A stretch of 64,000 bases of DNA from an uncultured Candidatus Saccharibacteria bacterium (GCA_964638425.1 CAZWYM010000001.1:74441-138440); one strand, 5' to 3'; shown: positions 1 to 11,500, numbered from the stretch's first letter. A program made the numbers and translations. Notes: a model not told the origin generated them from the sequence alone.

Positions 1-751
1 TTGCGGGAAGCTTTTTACCATACTCGGTTTCACGTGTATTAGTCCAGTACCCGTCTGTTGCGTACGCAAATGTACCCAACACATCAAATGGTGATGAGAT
101 CTGGTTACCAATGACCTCAGTCGCTACCTTTGAGGTTGCGACATTTGTTTGGAGGAGTGTTGAGCTTGAGTACAACTTCACGACAACTGATTGCGCTCCA
201 GCAAACGTAGCGTCAGTGAGACCGAATCCTGCAGTGTAACCTTTCAAGATTCCAAGACCGGTGTCGTATGAGACGACCCCGAAGTCTTCAGCACTCAGTG
301 TGCCAATCGGAGTTGCTACTCCAGCACTTGCCGTCCATGTACCAGAACGATTACCCCCTTGGTAATTATCTGACCAGGTACCCGACATAACCCCGCTTGT
401 TGCGACAGTTCCAGTGATATGGAAAGCTGTCTGTGGTGTTACTGCATCAGCAGTCGCGGTGTAATTTGCATGAATATCGATGATATTATTTTGCATGTCT
501 CCTGAGGTAATGACCCATGTGTAGACAGGACTGACCACAGGACTTCCCCCAAATCCAGTAATGCTTCCTGCATTATTTTGGGTGAGTGTCATACTGTGTT
601 CATAGTCAGTACCAAGGTAATTGACTGCAATAGTGTAATTCCCCGTAGCGTTCCACGTTGGCACTTCTGCAGCATGTGCAGTGAGTGACACTCCGAACGG
701 CAGAACGAGAAGTGACATGATGGCTAACTTTGAGAAGATTGTTGATTTCAT
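1..751 (-). CDS. Secreted/surface protein, 3' end outside window
   Basis: Manual translation from ATG at 751: MKSTIFSKLAIMSLLVLPFGVSLTAHA^AEVPTWNATGNY, a signal peptide with an AxA site, then a Thr/Gly-rich region running off the window edge. Confidence 0.75.
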   Translation of the reverse strand, partial: MKSTIFSKLAIMSLLVLPFGVSLTAHAAEVPTWNATGNYTIAVNYLGTDYEHSMTLTQNNAGSITGFGGSPVVSPVYTWVITSGDMQNNIIDIHANYTATADAVTPQTAFHITGTVATSGVMSGTWSDNYQGGNRSGTWTASAGVATPIGTLSAEDFGVVSYDTGLGILKGYTAGFGLTDATFAGAQSVVVKLYSSSTLLQTNVATSKVATEVIGNQISSPFDVLGTFAYATDGYWTNTRETEYGKKLPA

Positions 752-912
752 AATTATGCGAATGTTATGTTTTGTAATACTTGTTGTGTTCTTAAGTAAT
801 AGAAAGCACCGACCTCTATTCATGCCGACAATGTTCCCACACGATTACACGGTATACCCATTTTTTGTGGTGTAATATACAACTTCAAACAAGACTCAAT
901 ACTGCCTCATGC

Positions 913-955
913 AATTCTTAAAAGAGCGCTTCAAGGAAGCGCTGTTTTAAGAATT
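913..955. terminator. Hairpin/terminator downstream of the SOUL gene
   Basis: aattcttaaaagagcgcttc-aag-gaagcgctgttttaagaatt inverted repeat with 1 mismatch. Confidence 0.6.
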
Positions 956-993
956 ATTATTGATGATTATCTTTGAGGTACGGTCGGGTCTTC

Positions 994-1611
994 TTAGTTT
1001 GCTACCTCTACCAAGACCTCATTGCGATTCATCCACGGTGGAGTCCATGGCGCGTTGTATCCTGCGTATGCTACGCCTCCAGTGACCACTACCCCATCAC
1101 GCTTGAGCGCTTCGAGTAACGCTCCTTGTTTTTCTTTAATTCGGGCATCAGTGCGATACCAAGAAAAGCGCATAACCGCAAAAGTCTTTTCAGGAACGAC
1201 GACGAGCTTCACGCGAGGATCAGTCGGAGTAGGAAGTGTTTCGTATGTATATGAACGAGGCATACCAAACGAGACCGTTCGAGAATCCCCTTCTTCTGCG
1301 ACCATCACCGGTGCGGTCATCGCGATGCTTTCACCTTTTTCCACAACAACAGGCGCCGTCATAGCGATACTTTCTTTTTTAACATTGCCTCCAAAGATAT
1401 ACGAAGCCACAATACTGAAGCCCTCGCTCATTGATGATTCAAGTTGTCCACGCACCGTGGTCTGCGCAACGATGTGTTCGGGGTATTTCCGAAGTTCATA
1501 CCCTTCCATTTTCTTCACAACCGTATAGTCTGCTTGTTCAACGCGAGACCCAAAGAACCCCCACACCGACCACAAAACAACCACCACCAAAATAAGAATA
1601 AATATTTTCAT
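994..1611 (-). CDS. SOUL heme-binding family protein
   Basis: YELRKY, F..ASYIFGGN, IAMTAPV, YNAPWTPPWMNRNEV motifs; N-terminal TM. Confidence 0.9.
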   Translation of the reverse strand: MKIFILILVVVVLWSVWGFFGSRVEQADYTVVKKMEGYELRKYPEHIVAQTTVRGQLESSMSEGFSIVASYIFGGNVKKESIAMTAPVVVEKGESIAMTAPVMVAEEGDSRTVSFGMPRSYTYETLPTPTDPRVKLVVVPEKTFAVMRFSWYRTDARIKEKQGALLEALKRDGVVVTGGVAYAGYNAPWTPPWMNRNEVLVEVAN

Positions 1612-1639
1612 TAGCTAACTATATCACTGATTCCAATCT

Positions 1640-3613
1640 CTACTTTTTCAATCCAAAATAACGAGTAAAAAGTAGGGGAGTATTATCTGCAGTCACTCCA
1701 TCTGCGGTGATTGGGAGTTGTTCAGAACGAACTGGCCATGGAAGCGGTAGCACTCCTGTAAATGGTTTGTCTCCAAACAGCACATCTGCGACCCCTGCAC
1801 CTTCGCTTCCCGGAAGCCACGCCATCACCAAAGCATCGAACGAAGCGACTTCACGCTCAATCAAAAGTGGCCGTCCCGATACAATCACCACAACAACCTT
1901 GTCACAGGTTGCTTGCAAATTGTGTATCGCACGTAGATCTTCCTCATCGAGTATAGGATACGCTGTATCTCCCCAACCTTCTGCGTATGGTTTCTCTCCC
2001 ACGACCGCTATACCAATATCAGCCTTCTGTATAGAAGAAGGAAAATTTCCGAGACGATCATATTCTACTTCTGTAGCTTGGTTAGCTCGTGCTTGAATCC
2101 CTGCCAAGATAGAGGTAGCGCCTTCGAGCCAGTTTCCATCAACTCCTTGCCATTCAATACTCCACGCTCCCATCTGTTTACCCACGTTATCAGCAGCACT
2201 ACCAGCAACGCGTATGCGTTGAATGTTCGGAGTGAGCGGTAAGAGATTGCCCTCATTTTTCAAAAGGACTAATGATTGTGCTACCGCATCACGCGCAAGT
2301 GTATGGTGCGTTGGGTGAGTGATTGGATTACGTGTCGCAGAGGCCTCCTTCTCATCGAAGAGTCCGAGTGCAAACTTAGCGTACAGAATTCTTCCCACAG
2401 CCTCATCAATACGCTCGTCTGATACAAGACCGAGTCTATTAGCCCATTTCATATGTCGTGCAAACGTCTTGTAGTCAAAGGGTAACATAACCATGTCGAC
2501 GCCAGCGTTTACTGCAGATACGGTGGCAAAAAAAGTATTCACGCTTCCCTCGTGAACACCATACCAATCAGACACCACGAATCCTTTAAACCCGAGCTCC
2601 TGTTTCAATATGTCAGTGAGTAAATGTTTCTGAAATACCATTCGCTCATCCCCCCACGTATTGAGACCAACCATGATGCTTAAAGCCCCCGCATTCACGC
2701 TTTCAGTAAAAGGTGGCAAATATACATCACGAAGAAGGTTTTCGTCAGCAGGTGTCACGCCTTGATCAATTTTAAAATTTTTATTCAGGGAGGTATTCCA
2801 GCCCATATTGCCAAGACCAAGGTAGTGCTTCGCAGTTGCGAGTACAAATATATCTGTATCCAATGGGTCAACATTTTTCTGAAGTCCTTGCAGATACGCG
2901 ACCCCAAGCGATGAGACGAGTGTCGGGTCATCGGAGAACGCCTCATAGACACGACCCCAACGAATATCCCGTGGCTGGTCAAGATTAGGAGCAAAATTCC
3001 AGTTTACTCCCGTCATTGCGAGATCCTCCGCAGTCGCGTTCGCCACCGCCTGTACGAGTGTAGGATTATTGGTTGCCCCAAGACCAATTGCGTGCGGAAA
3101 GACGGTGACTCCTAATACGTGTGCGTGCCCGTGTATCGCATCGGCTCCATACAAAAGCGGGATACTCAGTCGAGACTGCTTTGCGCTTGATTGGTAGGAG
3201 TCAGTCATTGCTTTCCATCCTGCCACCGTATTTTCTTCGGGCTTAGAGCCGGAACCACTGAGGAGTCCACCGAGGTAGTAGGTATTGATATCGCTTTGTT
3301 TCTGGATGCTATTTTTCTCTATCAAGGTCATTTGCCCAATTTTTTCTTCGAGCGTCATGTATGACAAAAGATTTGCCACACGCTCCTCAACAGGCTGAGT
3401 CGAGTCTAGATACAGAGCATCTTTAGGAGGCGTAGGCATGATTGGGTGCATATCAAAAAAATCAGTTTGTACAAAGACAAAAAAAACGACGAGTAAAATC
3501 GCTACTGGAAACAGAAAAAATCTTAACCTTCCCTGTATTTTAAGAGCTTTCACTCTTATAGTATACATCGCTCTCAGCGTAAACTTTGTTTTATATACGA
3601 CCCAATCTCGCAA
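1640..3613 (-). CDS. Glycoside hydrolase family 3 (beta-glucosidase), membrane anchored; start uncertain
   Basis: MTLEEKIGQM, DAIHGH, RDIRWGRVYE, KHY, VVSDW nucleophile, AWLPGSEG. Confidence 0.92.
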   Translation of the reverse strand: MRDWVVYKTKFTLRAMYTIRVKALKIQGRLRFFLFPVAILLVVFFVFVQTDFFDMHPIMPTPPKDALYLDSTQPVEERVANLLSYMTLEEKIGQMTLIEKNSIQKQSDINTYYLGGLLSGSGSKPEENTVAGWKAMTDSYQSSAKQSRLSIPLLYGADAIHGHAHVLGVTVFPHAIGLGATNNPTLVQAVANATAEDLAMTGVNWNFAPNLDQPRDIRWGRVYEAFSDDPTLVSSLGVAYLQGLQKNVDPLDTDIFVLATAKHYLGLGNMGWNTSLNKNFKIDQGVTPADENLLRDVYLPPFTESVNAGALSIMVGLNTWGDERMVFQKHLLTDILKQELGFKGFVVSDWYGVHEGSVNTFFATVSAVNAGVDMVMLPFDYKTFARHMKWANRLGLVSDERIDEAVGRILYAKFALGLFDEKEASATRNPITHPTHHTLARDAVAQSLVLLKNEGNLLPLTPNIQRIRVAGSAADNVGKQMGAWSIEWQGVDGNWLEGATSILAGIQARANQATEVEYDRLGNFPSSIQKADIGIAVVGEKPYAEGWGDTAYPILDEEDLRAIHNLQATCDKVVVVIVSGRPLLIEREVASFDALVMAWLPGSEGAGVADVLFGDKPFTGVLPLPWPVRSEQLPITADGVTADNTPLLFTRYFGLKK

Positions 3614-3658
3614 GTCCGTATACGATTATCTCAACTGGGGTTGAGGCTTCAGTGTTTC

Positions 3659-4321
3659 TTATTCAAAACTAATAGGTATCTCAAGCGCATCATCATGCTC
3701 AGGCAAGCCCGATGGATTGTCTTTACGGAAAATAATTGCCCCGCGTGTATAGGGGGTATCTTCTGGAAGCGTGTACATGACGGTACCAGTGAATGGGACA
3801 AATGATTCGGTCATCCAATCACCTACTGCTGTGGCATGTCCTTCTCCAATAATCTTGCCATCCCAGTCCACTACGATGAGTGGAAATGAACCTTCAAAGA
3901 ACCAGTACCCACGCGCTTCGCCAGACACTGTAATGGGATTCCCCACCGCAACTTGCGTACGGGGACTTGCTACTCGAATCAAATCACTCTTTTCATTTTC
4001 AATCACTGCAACGGGTACGTCCTCGATACTATTATTTTCCTTATGCTCAGGTAATTCTGTCTGCAGGAAAAAATAGAGCGTGACGACTATGAGTACCTGA
4101 AGGGCTACCGCTACTAGTATTCGTAAGATGCCTGTAGGTGAAGCAATCCTCCTTGAAACATACAATGGGAACACAAGCACGAATATAACGCTTGCCAGCA
4201 CCGTAACGATAAGCAGGTTTGGACCCTCGGGGTCATCGAGTGACACGAGCATCGTCCGCGAACTCACCATTGCGGTCACCCACAAGATGAGTAATGAAAT
4301 CTCTTTTGATTTGAAGTACAT
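3659..4321 (-). CDS. Membrane protein with C-terminal Gmad2-like Ig domain
   Basis: 3 TM helices then GEARGYWFFEGSFP...DWMTESFVPF...KDNPSGLPE. Confidence 0.75.
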   Translation of the reverse strand: MYFKSKEISLLILWVTAMVSSRTMLVSLDDPEGPNLLIVTVLASVIFVLVFPLYVSRRIASPTGILRILVAVALQVLIVVTLYFFLQTELPEHKENNSIEDVPVAVIENEKSDLIRVASPRTQVAVGNPITVSGEARGYWFFEGSFPLIVVDWDGKIIGEGHATAVGDWMTESFVPFTGTVMYTLPEDTPYTRGAIIFRKDNPSGLPEHDDALEIPISFE

Positions 4322-4333
4322 AGTTCGATACTG

Positions 4334-4552
4334 CTAGTCCGGAGTTTTTTCATCAAACTCCTTTTGCATTCGTTCCATCCATTGGACCTTGTTTTCACCT
4401 GTACGCTCTTCCATGCTCATAATACTCGCTTTGTGTGATTCATCAGACATCATGTGTGGCATGGCTTTCCCGACAATCTCCATGAGGGTATCGCCAGAAA
4501 ACTTCTCCGTGCAAACTCCTCCCAATTCCGTGCATATAAATGTTTTACTCAT
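4334..4552 (-). CDS. DUF1059-like small metal-binding protein
   Basis: MSKTFICTELGGVC...G.T..E...H pattern. Confidence 0.65.
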   Translation of the reverse strand: MSKTFICTELGGVCTEKFSGDTLMEIVGKAMPHMMSDESHKASIMSMEERTGENKVQWMERMQKEFDEKTPD

Positions 4553-4572
4553 ACAGAAAGTATACCAAATCC

Positions 4573-5151
4573 TTAACGAGCTTCTCCTTCAAAATCAGGT
4601 TCAACAATTCCCCACCGCATACTCACTGGGTCAAGCTTTAAATATGCACTTTTGCCGACGGATGGTTGCGTCGTCATCGGTTCGCCATCTTCACGGACAG
4701 CATAATTAACGACTATCACATGTATATGACGAGGATTAGGACTCTGTGTAATATTCTGTGGCGCTACACGGTCCCCGAGCAGGTACCCATCCGAACCTGT
4801 ATATCCTTCCTCTGTATTGAGAGCAGCAACAGCATAAAACATGGTGCCGCTTCCCCCTGTCTCCTGTGTAAGCAAAAAAACGACATCCTCACGACCATCG
4901 CCATTTAAGTCGATAACTAAATCATTCCCAAAATACCGAGTCACTGTTTTTGAAGCTGAACCTGGGGCTATCTCCGTTTCTGCAAAGCCGTTGGTGAGGC
5001 GTACTTGTTCACCTTCTATTTCATATGCAATATTTTTATAATCAGACGGAAGGGCTACTGGTGCTTTAGGAGTGCTGTACTTCTGTACGATAAAAAAACT
5101 CATCGCTAGAATTACGACAATCCCTGAAATGAGATATCTTCTTTTTTCCAT
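4573..5151 (-). CDS. Membrane-anchored hypothetical protein
   Basis: ORF; ATG at 5151 follows a TGGTATACT box; N-terminal TM; DLNGDGRED Ca-binding-like motif. Confidence 0.7.
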   Translation of the reverse strand: MEKRRYLISGIVVILAMSFFIVQKYSTPKAPVALPSDYKNIAYEIEGEQVRLTNGFAETEIAPGSASKTVTRYFGNDLVIDLNGDGREDVVFLLTQETGGSGTMFYAVAALNTEEGYTGSDGYLLGDRVAPQNITQSPNPRHIHVIVVNYAVREDGEPMTTQPSVGKSAYLKLDPVSMRWGIVEPDFEGEAR

Positions 5152-5265
5152 ACAGAAAGTATACCAAATGTGTAATTTTCCTTCTAATTTAGGGTCATTT
5201 CCATTGAAATAATTTGAACGAAACACGCAACAAACTTTTTCCTTCAATGTGTTGTTTTATACAGT

Positions 5266-5466
5266 ATGGAAAAAGTAACACTGAGATTATTTTGGACGTG
5301 TATGATTGCCTGTGCGAGTTGCGCAGTTATAGGGATATGGTTTGAAGAACGAGTCCCTGAAGCATTTTTTAAAGCTATGGCAACGCTCTTTATCATTGGC
5401 CTCGCAAACTTTCTCGTTTGGGCGCCTATGATGGTGTACCGGTTTCTGAATAAACAGCCACACTAG
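5266..5466 (+). CDS. Small 2-TM membrane protein
   Basis: 66 aa ORF with two hydrophobic helices, filling an intergenic gap. Confidence 0.6.
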   Translation: MEKVTLRLFWTCMIACASCAVIGIWFEERVPEAFFKAMATLFIIGLANFLVWAPMMVYRFLNKQPH

Positions 5467-5503
5467 AAGAGATGGTGCATGGTACTTTTTAGTTTTAGGG
5501 ATA

Positions 5504-5911
5504 CTACTTCTCGGACTTACTACGGGGTAACGAATCACCCGTTCGTAAAATCTTTTCCATTGTCTTCCCTTTTGCGAGTTCATCTATGAGCTTGTCCAGA
5601 TAGCGAACTTCACGCATAAGGGGCTCTGTAACTTCTTCCACACGGACTCCGCAAACTACACCGGTTATTAACGTTCGCAGTGGGTTCATTCGTGGCGCCT
5701 CGTCAAAAAATGTTTCGAAGGTGACCTGCTTCTTTATTTGTTTCTCGAGCGCTTTTTGGGTATACCCCGTTAGCCAACATATGATTTTATCAACTTCTTT
5801 TTTCGTACGTCCTTTCTTCTCCCCCTTAGCAACATACAAAGGATACACACTCCCAAATATCATCGCATATACTCTTTTTATTGATGCTGGGTTTTCTGTT
5901 TTCATATTCAC
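5504..5911 (-). CDS. DUF2200 family protein
   Basis: [47 protein letters not shown]. Confidence 0.9.
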   Translation of the reverse strand: MNMKTENPASIKRVYAMIFGSVYPLYVAKGEKKGRTKKEVDKIICWLTGYTQKALEKQIKKQVTFETFFDEAPRMNPLRTLITGVVCGVRVEEVTEPLMREVRYLDKLIDELAKGKTMEKILRTGDSLPRSKSEK

Positions 5912-5914
5912 AAT

Positions 5915-5996
5915 GCTATCACGACCTACTCTTCCCCTAAAAACTACCGAATGGTTGCGCCGGGGATTTCCTTGAGGTACTGCTCCGTAGCGAGCA
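5915..5996. repeat. ~82 bp degenerate direct repeat, copy 1 (copy 2 at 7162-7245), flanking the fic gene
   Basis: gctatcacgacctactctt...ctaccgaatggttgcgccggggatttccttgaggtactgctccgtagcgagca vs gctatcaagaccaactctt...ctaccaaatggttgctccgtggattcccttgaggtactgctcgtagcgagca. Confidence 0.85.
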
Positions 5997-6015
5997 ACTA
6001 CGCCACTCGTGTGTA

Positions 6016-7086
6016 CTAACTTAACAATTTGAGCAATGCCTGATTGGCAAAGAAGTGGTTTCGACCGACTTTCATTGAACGTAGGACCCCCGCTTCAGAA
6101 AGTTGCAGCAAGTACTTGCTCGCTGTGGTGTAGTGAATGTTAATTTCATTTGCCAGCTTGGTAGGAGTAATGACTGGGTACGAGAAAAGTGCTTCTAGCA
6201 AGTCAGCTGAATAAATCTTAGTGTGGTTGGTCTTAATGTTTTGTCGAAGCTCATGATGAAGTCCTACAATAGCATTGAGTGTCTCTTTGGTTTCTTTGGC
6301 TTGCAAATAAAAACCTTGAAGCATGAAGGCAATATATTCTTCCCAAGCACCTCCTGAAGTGACCGCTCGAAGTAATCGATAATATTCAGCACGATTCTTA
6401 TTAATGTAGCCACTGATAAAAATAATAGGTAGGTCGAGTACTCCATCCTTAACAAGTTCAAGGACCATCAAAATACGACCAGTACGTCCGTTACCATCGA
6501 GGAAGGGGTGGATTGATTCAAACTGTTGATGTGCTATTGCTGCCCGAATGAGTGGATCAATATCCGTATTTTCATTTACAAAATGCTCCCAATTACCAAT
6601 GAGTTCAGGGATTCTGTTTTGCAAAGGCGGTGTGTAGAGTATCTCACCAGTAGTTGAGTTGGCGATGTGATTTTGTTCACGACGATACATACCACCACCG
6701 GTGAGCATAAGTTGTTCGTGAACGCCCAAAATTGTGCGGTTACTGATACCAATGTCAGGCATGTTCTTCATCCCCCAAAATAGGGCCTGTTGATACTTAA
6801 GTACTTCTTTGTTTGGCTTACTCTGCTCATCTGCAGGTAAAAGCTGATTTTCGAGAACATTCGCAACTGTGGTATTGATATTCTCAATGCCTGAAGACTC
6901 GACTGATTCTTTAATGAGTAGCGGTGAAGTAAGTAAAAGTGGGTTCGGAATCTGTCCAGAAGCACCCTTGAGTTCTGCTAATTCCACTCGGGCCTTAAGC
7001 AACAATTCTGAAAAAACCTTATAATCTATGGTTTTTTCAGGTGGAAGCATGGCCAAATCAATTGGATATATTGGATTAAATGACAT
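6016..7086 (-). CDS. Fic family AMPylase with C-terminal HTH
   Basis: [12 protein letters not shown] Fic motif; SSGIEN autoinhibitory motif. Confidence 0.93.
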   Translation of the reverse strand: MSFNPIYPIDLAMLPPEKTIDYKVFSELLLKARVELAELKGASGQIPNPLLLTSPLLIKESVESSGIENINTTVANVLENQLLPADEQSKPNKEVLKYQQALFWGMKNMPDIGISNRTILGVHEQLMLTGGGMYRREQNHIANSTTGEILYTPPLQNRIPELIGNWEHFVNENTDIDPLIRAAIAHQQFESIHPFLDGNGRTGRILMVLELVKDGVLDLPIIFISGYINKNRAEYYRLLRAVTSGGAWEEYIAFMLQGFYLQAKETKETLNAIVGLHHELRQNIKTNHTKIYSADLLEALFSYPVITPTKLANEINIHYTTASKYLLQLSEAGVLRSMKVGRNHFFANQALLKLLS

Positions 7087-7161
7087 ATTGCTACCAATAT
7101 ATCAGTTTTTTTGATTTTTTACCATATATTGAGGTGGGTATGTTACTTTCACCTATGTAAG

Positions 7162-7245
7162 GCTATCAAGACCAACTCTTTGCACTTTAAAGACTACCAA
7201 ATGGTTGCTCCGTGGATTCCCTTGAGGTACTGCTCGTAGCGAGCA
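7162..7245. repeat. ~82 bp degenerate direct repeat, copy 2 (overlaps the 3' end of ORF 7194-7748)
   Basis: Matches 5915-5996. Confidence 0.85.
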
Positions 7246-7748
7246 TCGGCAAGGCGGAGTTTGTAGTGTATGCGGGTGATGACGATTGCGTATGTCTTGC
7301 CGAACGTACCGCGGATGGTGGAGCGTATCTCAAACGAAGCTGTTTTACCTGCGGGTATTTTTGCATAGTGCACTGTACCGACGGTAACTTGCAGTACCCC
7401 TTCTCCACGAACGCGCACATCAGCAGTAGCAATCCTCCCTTCTGCAGTTCCCTCAATCTGGTACATGAAGCCCGCTACCTTCTTCCCCGAAGCAATGGAG
7501 ATAGGAATGAATACATCTCCGTCCTTTGCGGTAATCTCTATCTCAAGGTACGACGTTCCAACGAGGGTGTCGACTGCATCTTTCTGCTTCACCCGTTCTG
7601 CGCGTCCTTGATTCTTTTTTACCTTTACACCAATGAAAGGATCCTTCCCTTCCAGTTTATTCGCCTCTATTAATTCACTCTGGAGTACTTTGAGCTTCGC
7701 GTTTAAATCCTTCACTAGCTTTTTAGTATCACTTGGTACTTTTTTCAT
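7194..7748 (-). CDS. Hypothetical protein
   Basis: 184 aa ORF with a TATAAT box just upstream. Confidence 0.65.
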   Translation of the reverse strand: MKKVPSDTKKLVKDLNAKLKVLQSELIEANKLEGKDPFIGVKVKKNQGRAERVKQKDAVDTLVGTSYLEIEITAKDGDVFIPISIASGKKVAGFMYQIEGTAEGRIATADVRVRGEGVLQVTVGTVHYAKIPAGKTASFEIRSTIRGTFGKTYAIVITRIHYKLRLADARYEQYLKGIHGATIW

Positions 7749-7993
7749 ACTGTAATTATAGAATATGAAAAGTCCCCTTCATGCATGCTGTGGGAATAAG
7801 GTTAGGTTGGTGAGAGTCGAGCTACGGTATATTTGAACCAGAGTGTCATCTTCTACATACCGAGTTCCATACCACGACAACGCTCCACGGTATGGCGGTC
7901 GTAGAGGTCGATGTAGTACTGCTTGTCTTTGAGGTGGGTTATCACCTCAATATTTTATTCCTCTTTTAAGATATTTCCAGTTGCTGAAAATAT

Positions 7994-8563
7994 CTACTGA
8001 TACACGCACAAGCTATTGAATATAGGGTACAACACCTCAAATAACTGACCAAGGATGAGTCCCATAAACGATGCGTACAGAACTAGAATTATATACGAGT
8101 CCTTACCTTCATTTGCATTGCGAAATGATTGTAGAACTCCTACTTTATCAAACTCACGCTTTGCATTAGGATCACCAAAAAGTTCTCGATACAAACGCAC
8201 TCCGAAGGTAACACCAATGAAAATAATACTGATACCAATCAAACTTTGTAGAGAATCATCTGCAACTCTCTTGCTGATATCTAGCGCGCAATACGACTGA
8301 GCAATAAAGAGAATAAGGGATAATCCTGCTCCAATCACCATCAACGATCTGAACACTGCCAGAGCTGCTAGGGACCACGTAAACAAGGAAATGAACGCGA
8401 GTCCGATCAGAGAAAAGGTAAGAAAGATTGTGCTCACCTGCTTTTCCCAGTGAGCGAATGCAAATGAAGTTAGTATTACTGTGACTACGTATAGGACAAA
8501 CAGTACAGTAAATTTTCTGTCAGTCTTCATTCTGTGCAGTATGTATTTTATCTTCTTCAGCAT
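7994..8563 (-). CDS. Multi-TM membrane protein, paralog of 21695-22198
   Basis: About 5 hydrophobic helices; FIAQSYCAL and VLYPIFNSLCVY motifs; starts 2 bp after the KAP stop. Confidence 0.75.
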   Translation of the reverse strand: MLKKIKYILHRMKTDRKFTVLFVLYVVTVILTSFAFAHWEKQVSTIFLTFSLIGLAFISLFTWSLAALAVFRSLMVIGAGLSLILFIAQSYCALDISKRVADDSLQSLIGISIIFIGVTFGVRLYRELFGDPNAKREFDKVGVLQSFRNANEGKDSYIILVLYASFMGLILGQLFEVLYPIFNSLCVYQ

Positions 8564-8565
8564 AA

Positions 8566-11500
8566 TTAAGATTCATTCTTCTCCGTCACATTATGAGATT
8601 CTACCTTTTCCCAATAACTTTTTTCAGTCGCACTAATCCTTCCATCAGGTTTTAGTTGCAATAGAAAATCAACAACTGATTTCTTCCCCCCGTTACTCCA
8701 CGAATCTAGGGCAGAAGCAACGTCTTCGTAGTCCTTCTGATATTGACTGAAGGACGGCTTCAACGTTAGTAAATTACTAAATGCCAAATCCAAAACTTCC
8801 TGAGAGTGACCATCTCTGATCATACAAAACAAGCTGAAAATATAATCCTTTTGCAGAGTCTCTTGTAACTCAGAGAAAAATCCAGTAACTACTTTAAGCG
8901 CAGAGGAATTTACTGTAGCTAAAACTTTACCTGGTTGTCTCAAAAATTCTAATGTTGACTTAACTATTTCTCTCTTCTTTTCTATGCTCAAAAAGTCTGC
9001 TTTTTCAAAGAAAAAATGCCCTACTTCGGATGTTTCAAGACTATCCTGGTTAAGTAATTCGATTACTTGCTTTGACACTAACTCCTTTATTGCAACATCA
9101 TTGTTTTTATTAATCTTGTCGGCAACAAAGTCATACATCTTCCTTCTACCCGCAATCCCAATAGTCGGAGCCTTGTTCAGTATTTTTTCAACTATTTCTG
9201 CCCTTGCATAATCTTTAGGCTTCAATGTAGCAATAAATTCTATCGCCTGAAGAGGATCTTGGGCAATTAGTACATCAAGTATTTGAAGTCTAGTTTCATC
9301 AGAAGAAAAATCATATATCACCTTAGTAAAATCTGGTTGTGACAAAACTCTTGGTTGAATGTTTGGTAAAAATTCGGTCACTAATGTTTGAGCATAAGTG
9401 ATTTTCCAAAACGTGAAGAACTCACGGACCGCAACCGCATTAGCATTTTGTAAAAACTGTACAAATAGTTGTTGCGCTTCGGTTTTCTGTGGATCAACAA
9501 GACTACTTCTTAGATAAATAAGTATAAGAGATAGGGTCTTACGCTTTTCCCATAAAGGAATCGCGTTGAAGGTTTGAACTATGTTTTTTATAAAATCAAC
9601 CTTATCTGCGGGCAAAAGTAATTTCAAATCTACTCTGAAAGTAACCAGCAAACCGAGAGCTTCCTTAAAGAATTGTTCTTTTTCTTCAGTAAAACCTGAA
9701 ACTGCTTGATTGTGTGCAATAGTAATTTCAGTAAGTTTTTTGAAGAGTTGAGGAAAGACTTTCTTCTCTATTACCATATCACTCAGGTCAGTCAACAAAG
9801 CTTTCTTTGTACCAAAGTTTTCTAGTGAAGCTGTTTCAACAATCCGTTCAATACTTTTTTTCGTAAGAAACTTGCTTTTATCATCGATTCCAACAAAAAG
9901 ATTCAAGATGTCGTCTCTTACGGAGTAATGTTCCTCAATAGCTTGTGCAATATTCAAAACATGTTCATTTGTTAGTAACTGCTTTTGCTTTACTAGGTTT
10001 TGCAAAATGCTCTTAACAATTGCTATTTCGTTAAAATTTTTAAACTCTTCGGTTGCAGAAAGTGCCAGAACATAACGGTCAAGAATATTCTTTCTAATAC
10101 GAGAATCAAGATTGGGATCCGCAACTACAAAATCAAAAATCACATCAGTTGGCAACTTCTGAAAAGAAGGCCAAACTTTACCATCAAGTAAGCCCGCGAC
10201 AGTATTTATATAATCTCTACTAGTCAGATTTAGCTCACCAAGAACAGTTAACTGAGTTTTAAAAATGGTTGTAACTACATCAATTCCGTGATTTTTATAC
10301 TTGTTGAGGATTGAAATAATGAACTCAAGCAAAGTTGCCTTGTCTGTTTCTGCCTCTATATGAGTTTTTGCCGTAGTTTCATTTCCTTCTATGAGAGAAA
10401 GCCTGATGGACTCATCATCTGTAAGAAGGTCGGAGATAACAGGTTTCTTTAGGTATATAAATGGTTCAGCATCCTCAACAGTGATTCGACTGGTCTCAAG
10501 CATGAAATTCTCAAACTCCTCACGAAAAGGCGGTTCTTCTGCAACCACTACTTTCCTATACGTACCAAGTATCTCTTCAGGTGCATACCAAGATTTTTTC
10601 AAGTTTTGAAATGCCTCGGGGTACTTATGCATTAGCACAAGTACTTTTGCCATATATGCAATATTATTAGAAACAATATCCTTAACCTCAGTATTGAAGG
10701 CAACAAGAACTGCAGAAATTAAATTGTTAATAAATTGTTTTATCTCTCGAGGATTGTTAGAAAATGCAGACTCTATAACCAAGTACACATCATCATTTTC
10801 TAAATAATTTTTAATGTCTCCTGTTTGTTTGATCTGTTCTTTCACGAAAGTACGAATGTCGGTATCAATATATTCCGGAGTCCAAACAACAACATTGAAT
10901 ATCTTTCTTAAAAACTCGTCGGCTAACTCAGCGCTAGGAGCTGCCTTTTTAATTGCTTCAAAATCACATGGGACGAGAAAAACAACATTCTTACCTTTTG
11001 CGTCCACGTCTTTAATTTCAAGAAACGTTTTTAGAGTCGACAGGACTTCCGTAGCAACTTTAGAGTCAACACGGTCAAGATTGTCTATAACAACCACAAC
11101 TCTATTGGTCTTAATTTTTGATAACTTTAAAATCCGTACAAAAGATTTCTCAAATTGTTCGGGAGAACTTAACTGTGATTTTGAGGAAGTTATCGGAGAA
11201 ACCATAATAATCTTTTTGAAGTCCTCCCCAAGTACTTTCTCTATAATTAAAGCAATTGAAAGTGCCAACGAAAAACTTGTTCCGGCCCAAAGTTTCCATT
11301 GTGTGGCAAGATCAGGGAAGACTTGCCACGTAAACAGACCAATTATTATTAGGAACGGCAGCGACAAAATTGCCACCTTCTTCAAATAACCCCAGGAGAT
11401 GGATACCTTTTCGCCTACAGTTTCGCTCAGAGAAAAATAAAGTTCCTTCTCAAGCTTATCAATTTCATTTTTATTTACTTGCAAATCCTTTGCTATCTGC

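Noticed and set aside
1300-1375. Duplicated ESIAMTAPV in the SOUL protein
   Set aside because: This motif is commonly repeated in bacterial SOUL proteins.
994-7748. Integron cassette array
   Set aside because: The genes are small and co-oriented, but no consistent attC (RYYYAAC...GTTRRRY) sites or integron integrase were found.
7853-7940. Short minus-strand frame HLKDKQYYIDLYDRHTVERCRGMELGM*
   Set aside because: It looks like a gene remnant at the island edge but has no clear start and cannot be assigned without a search.
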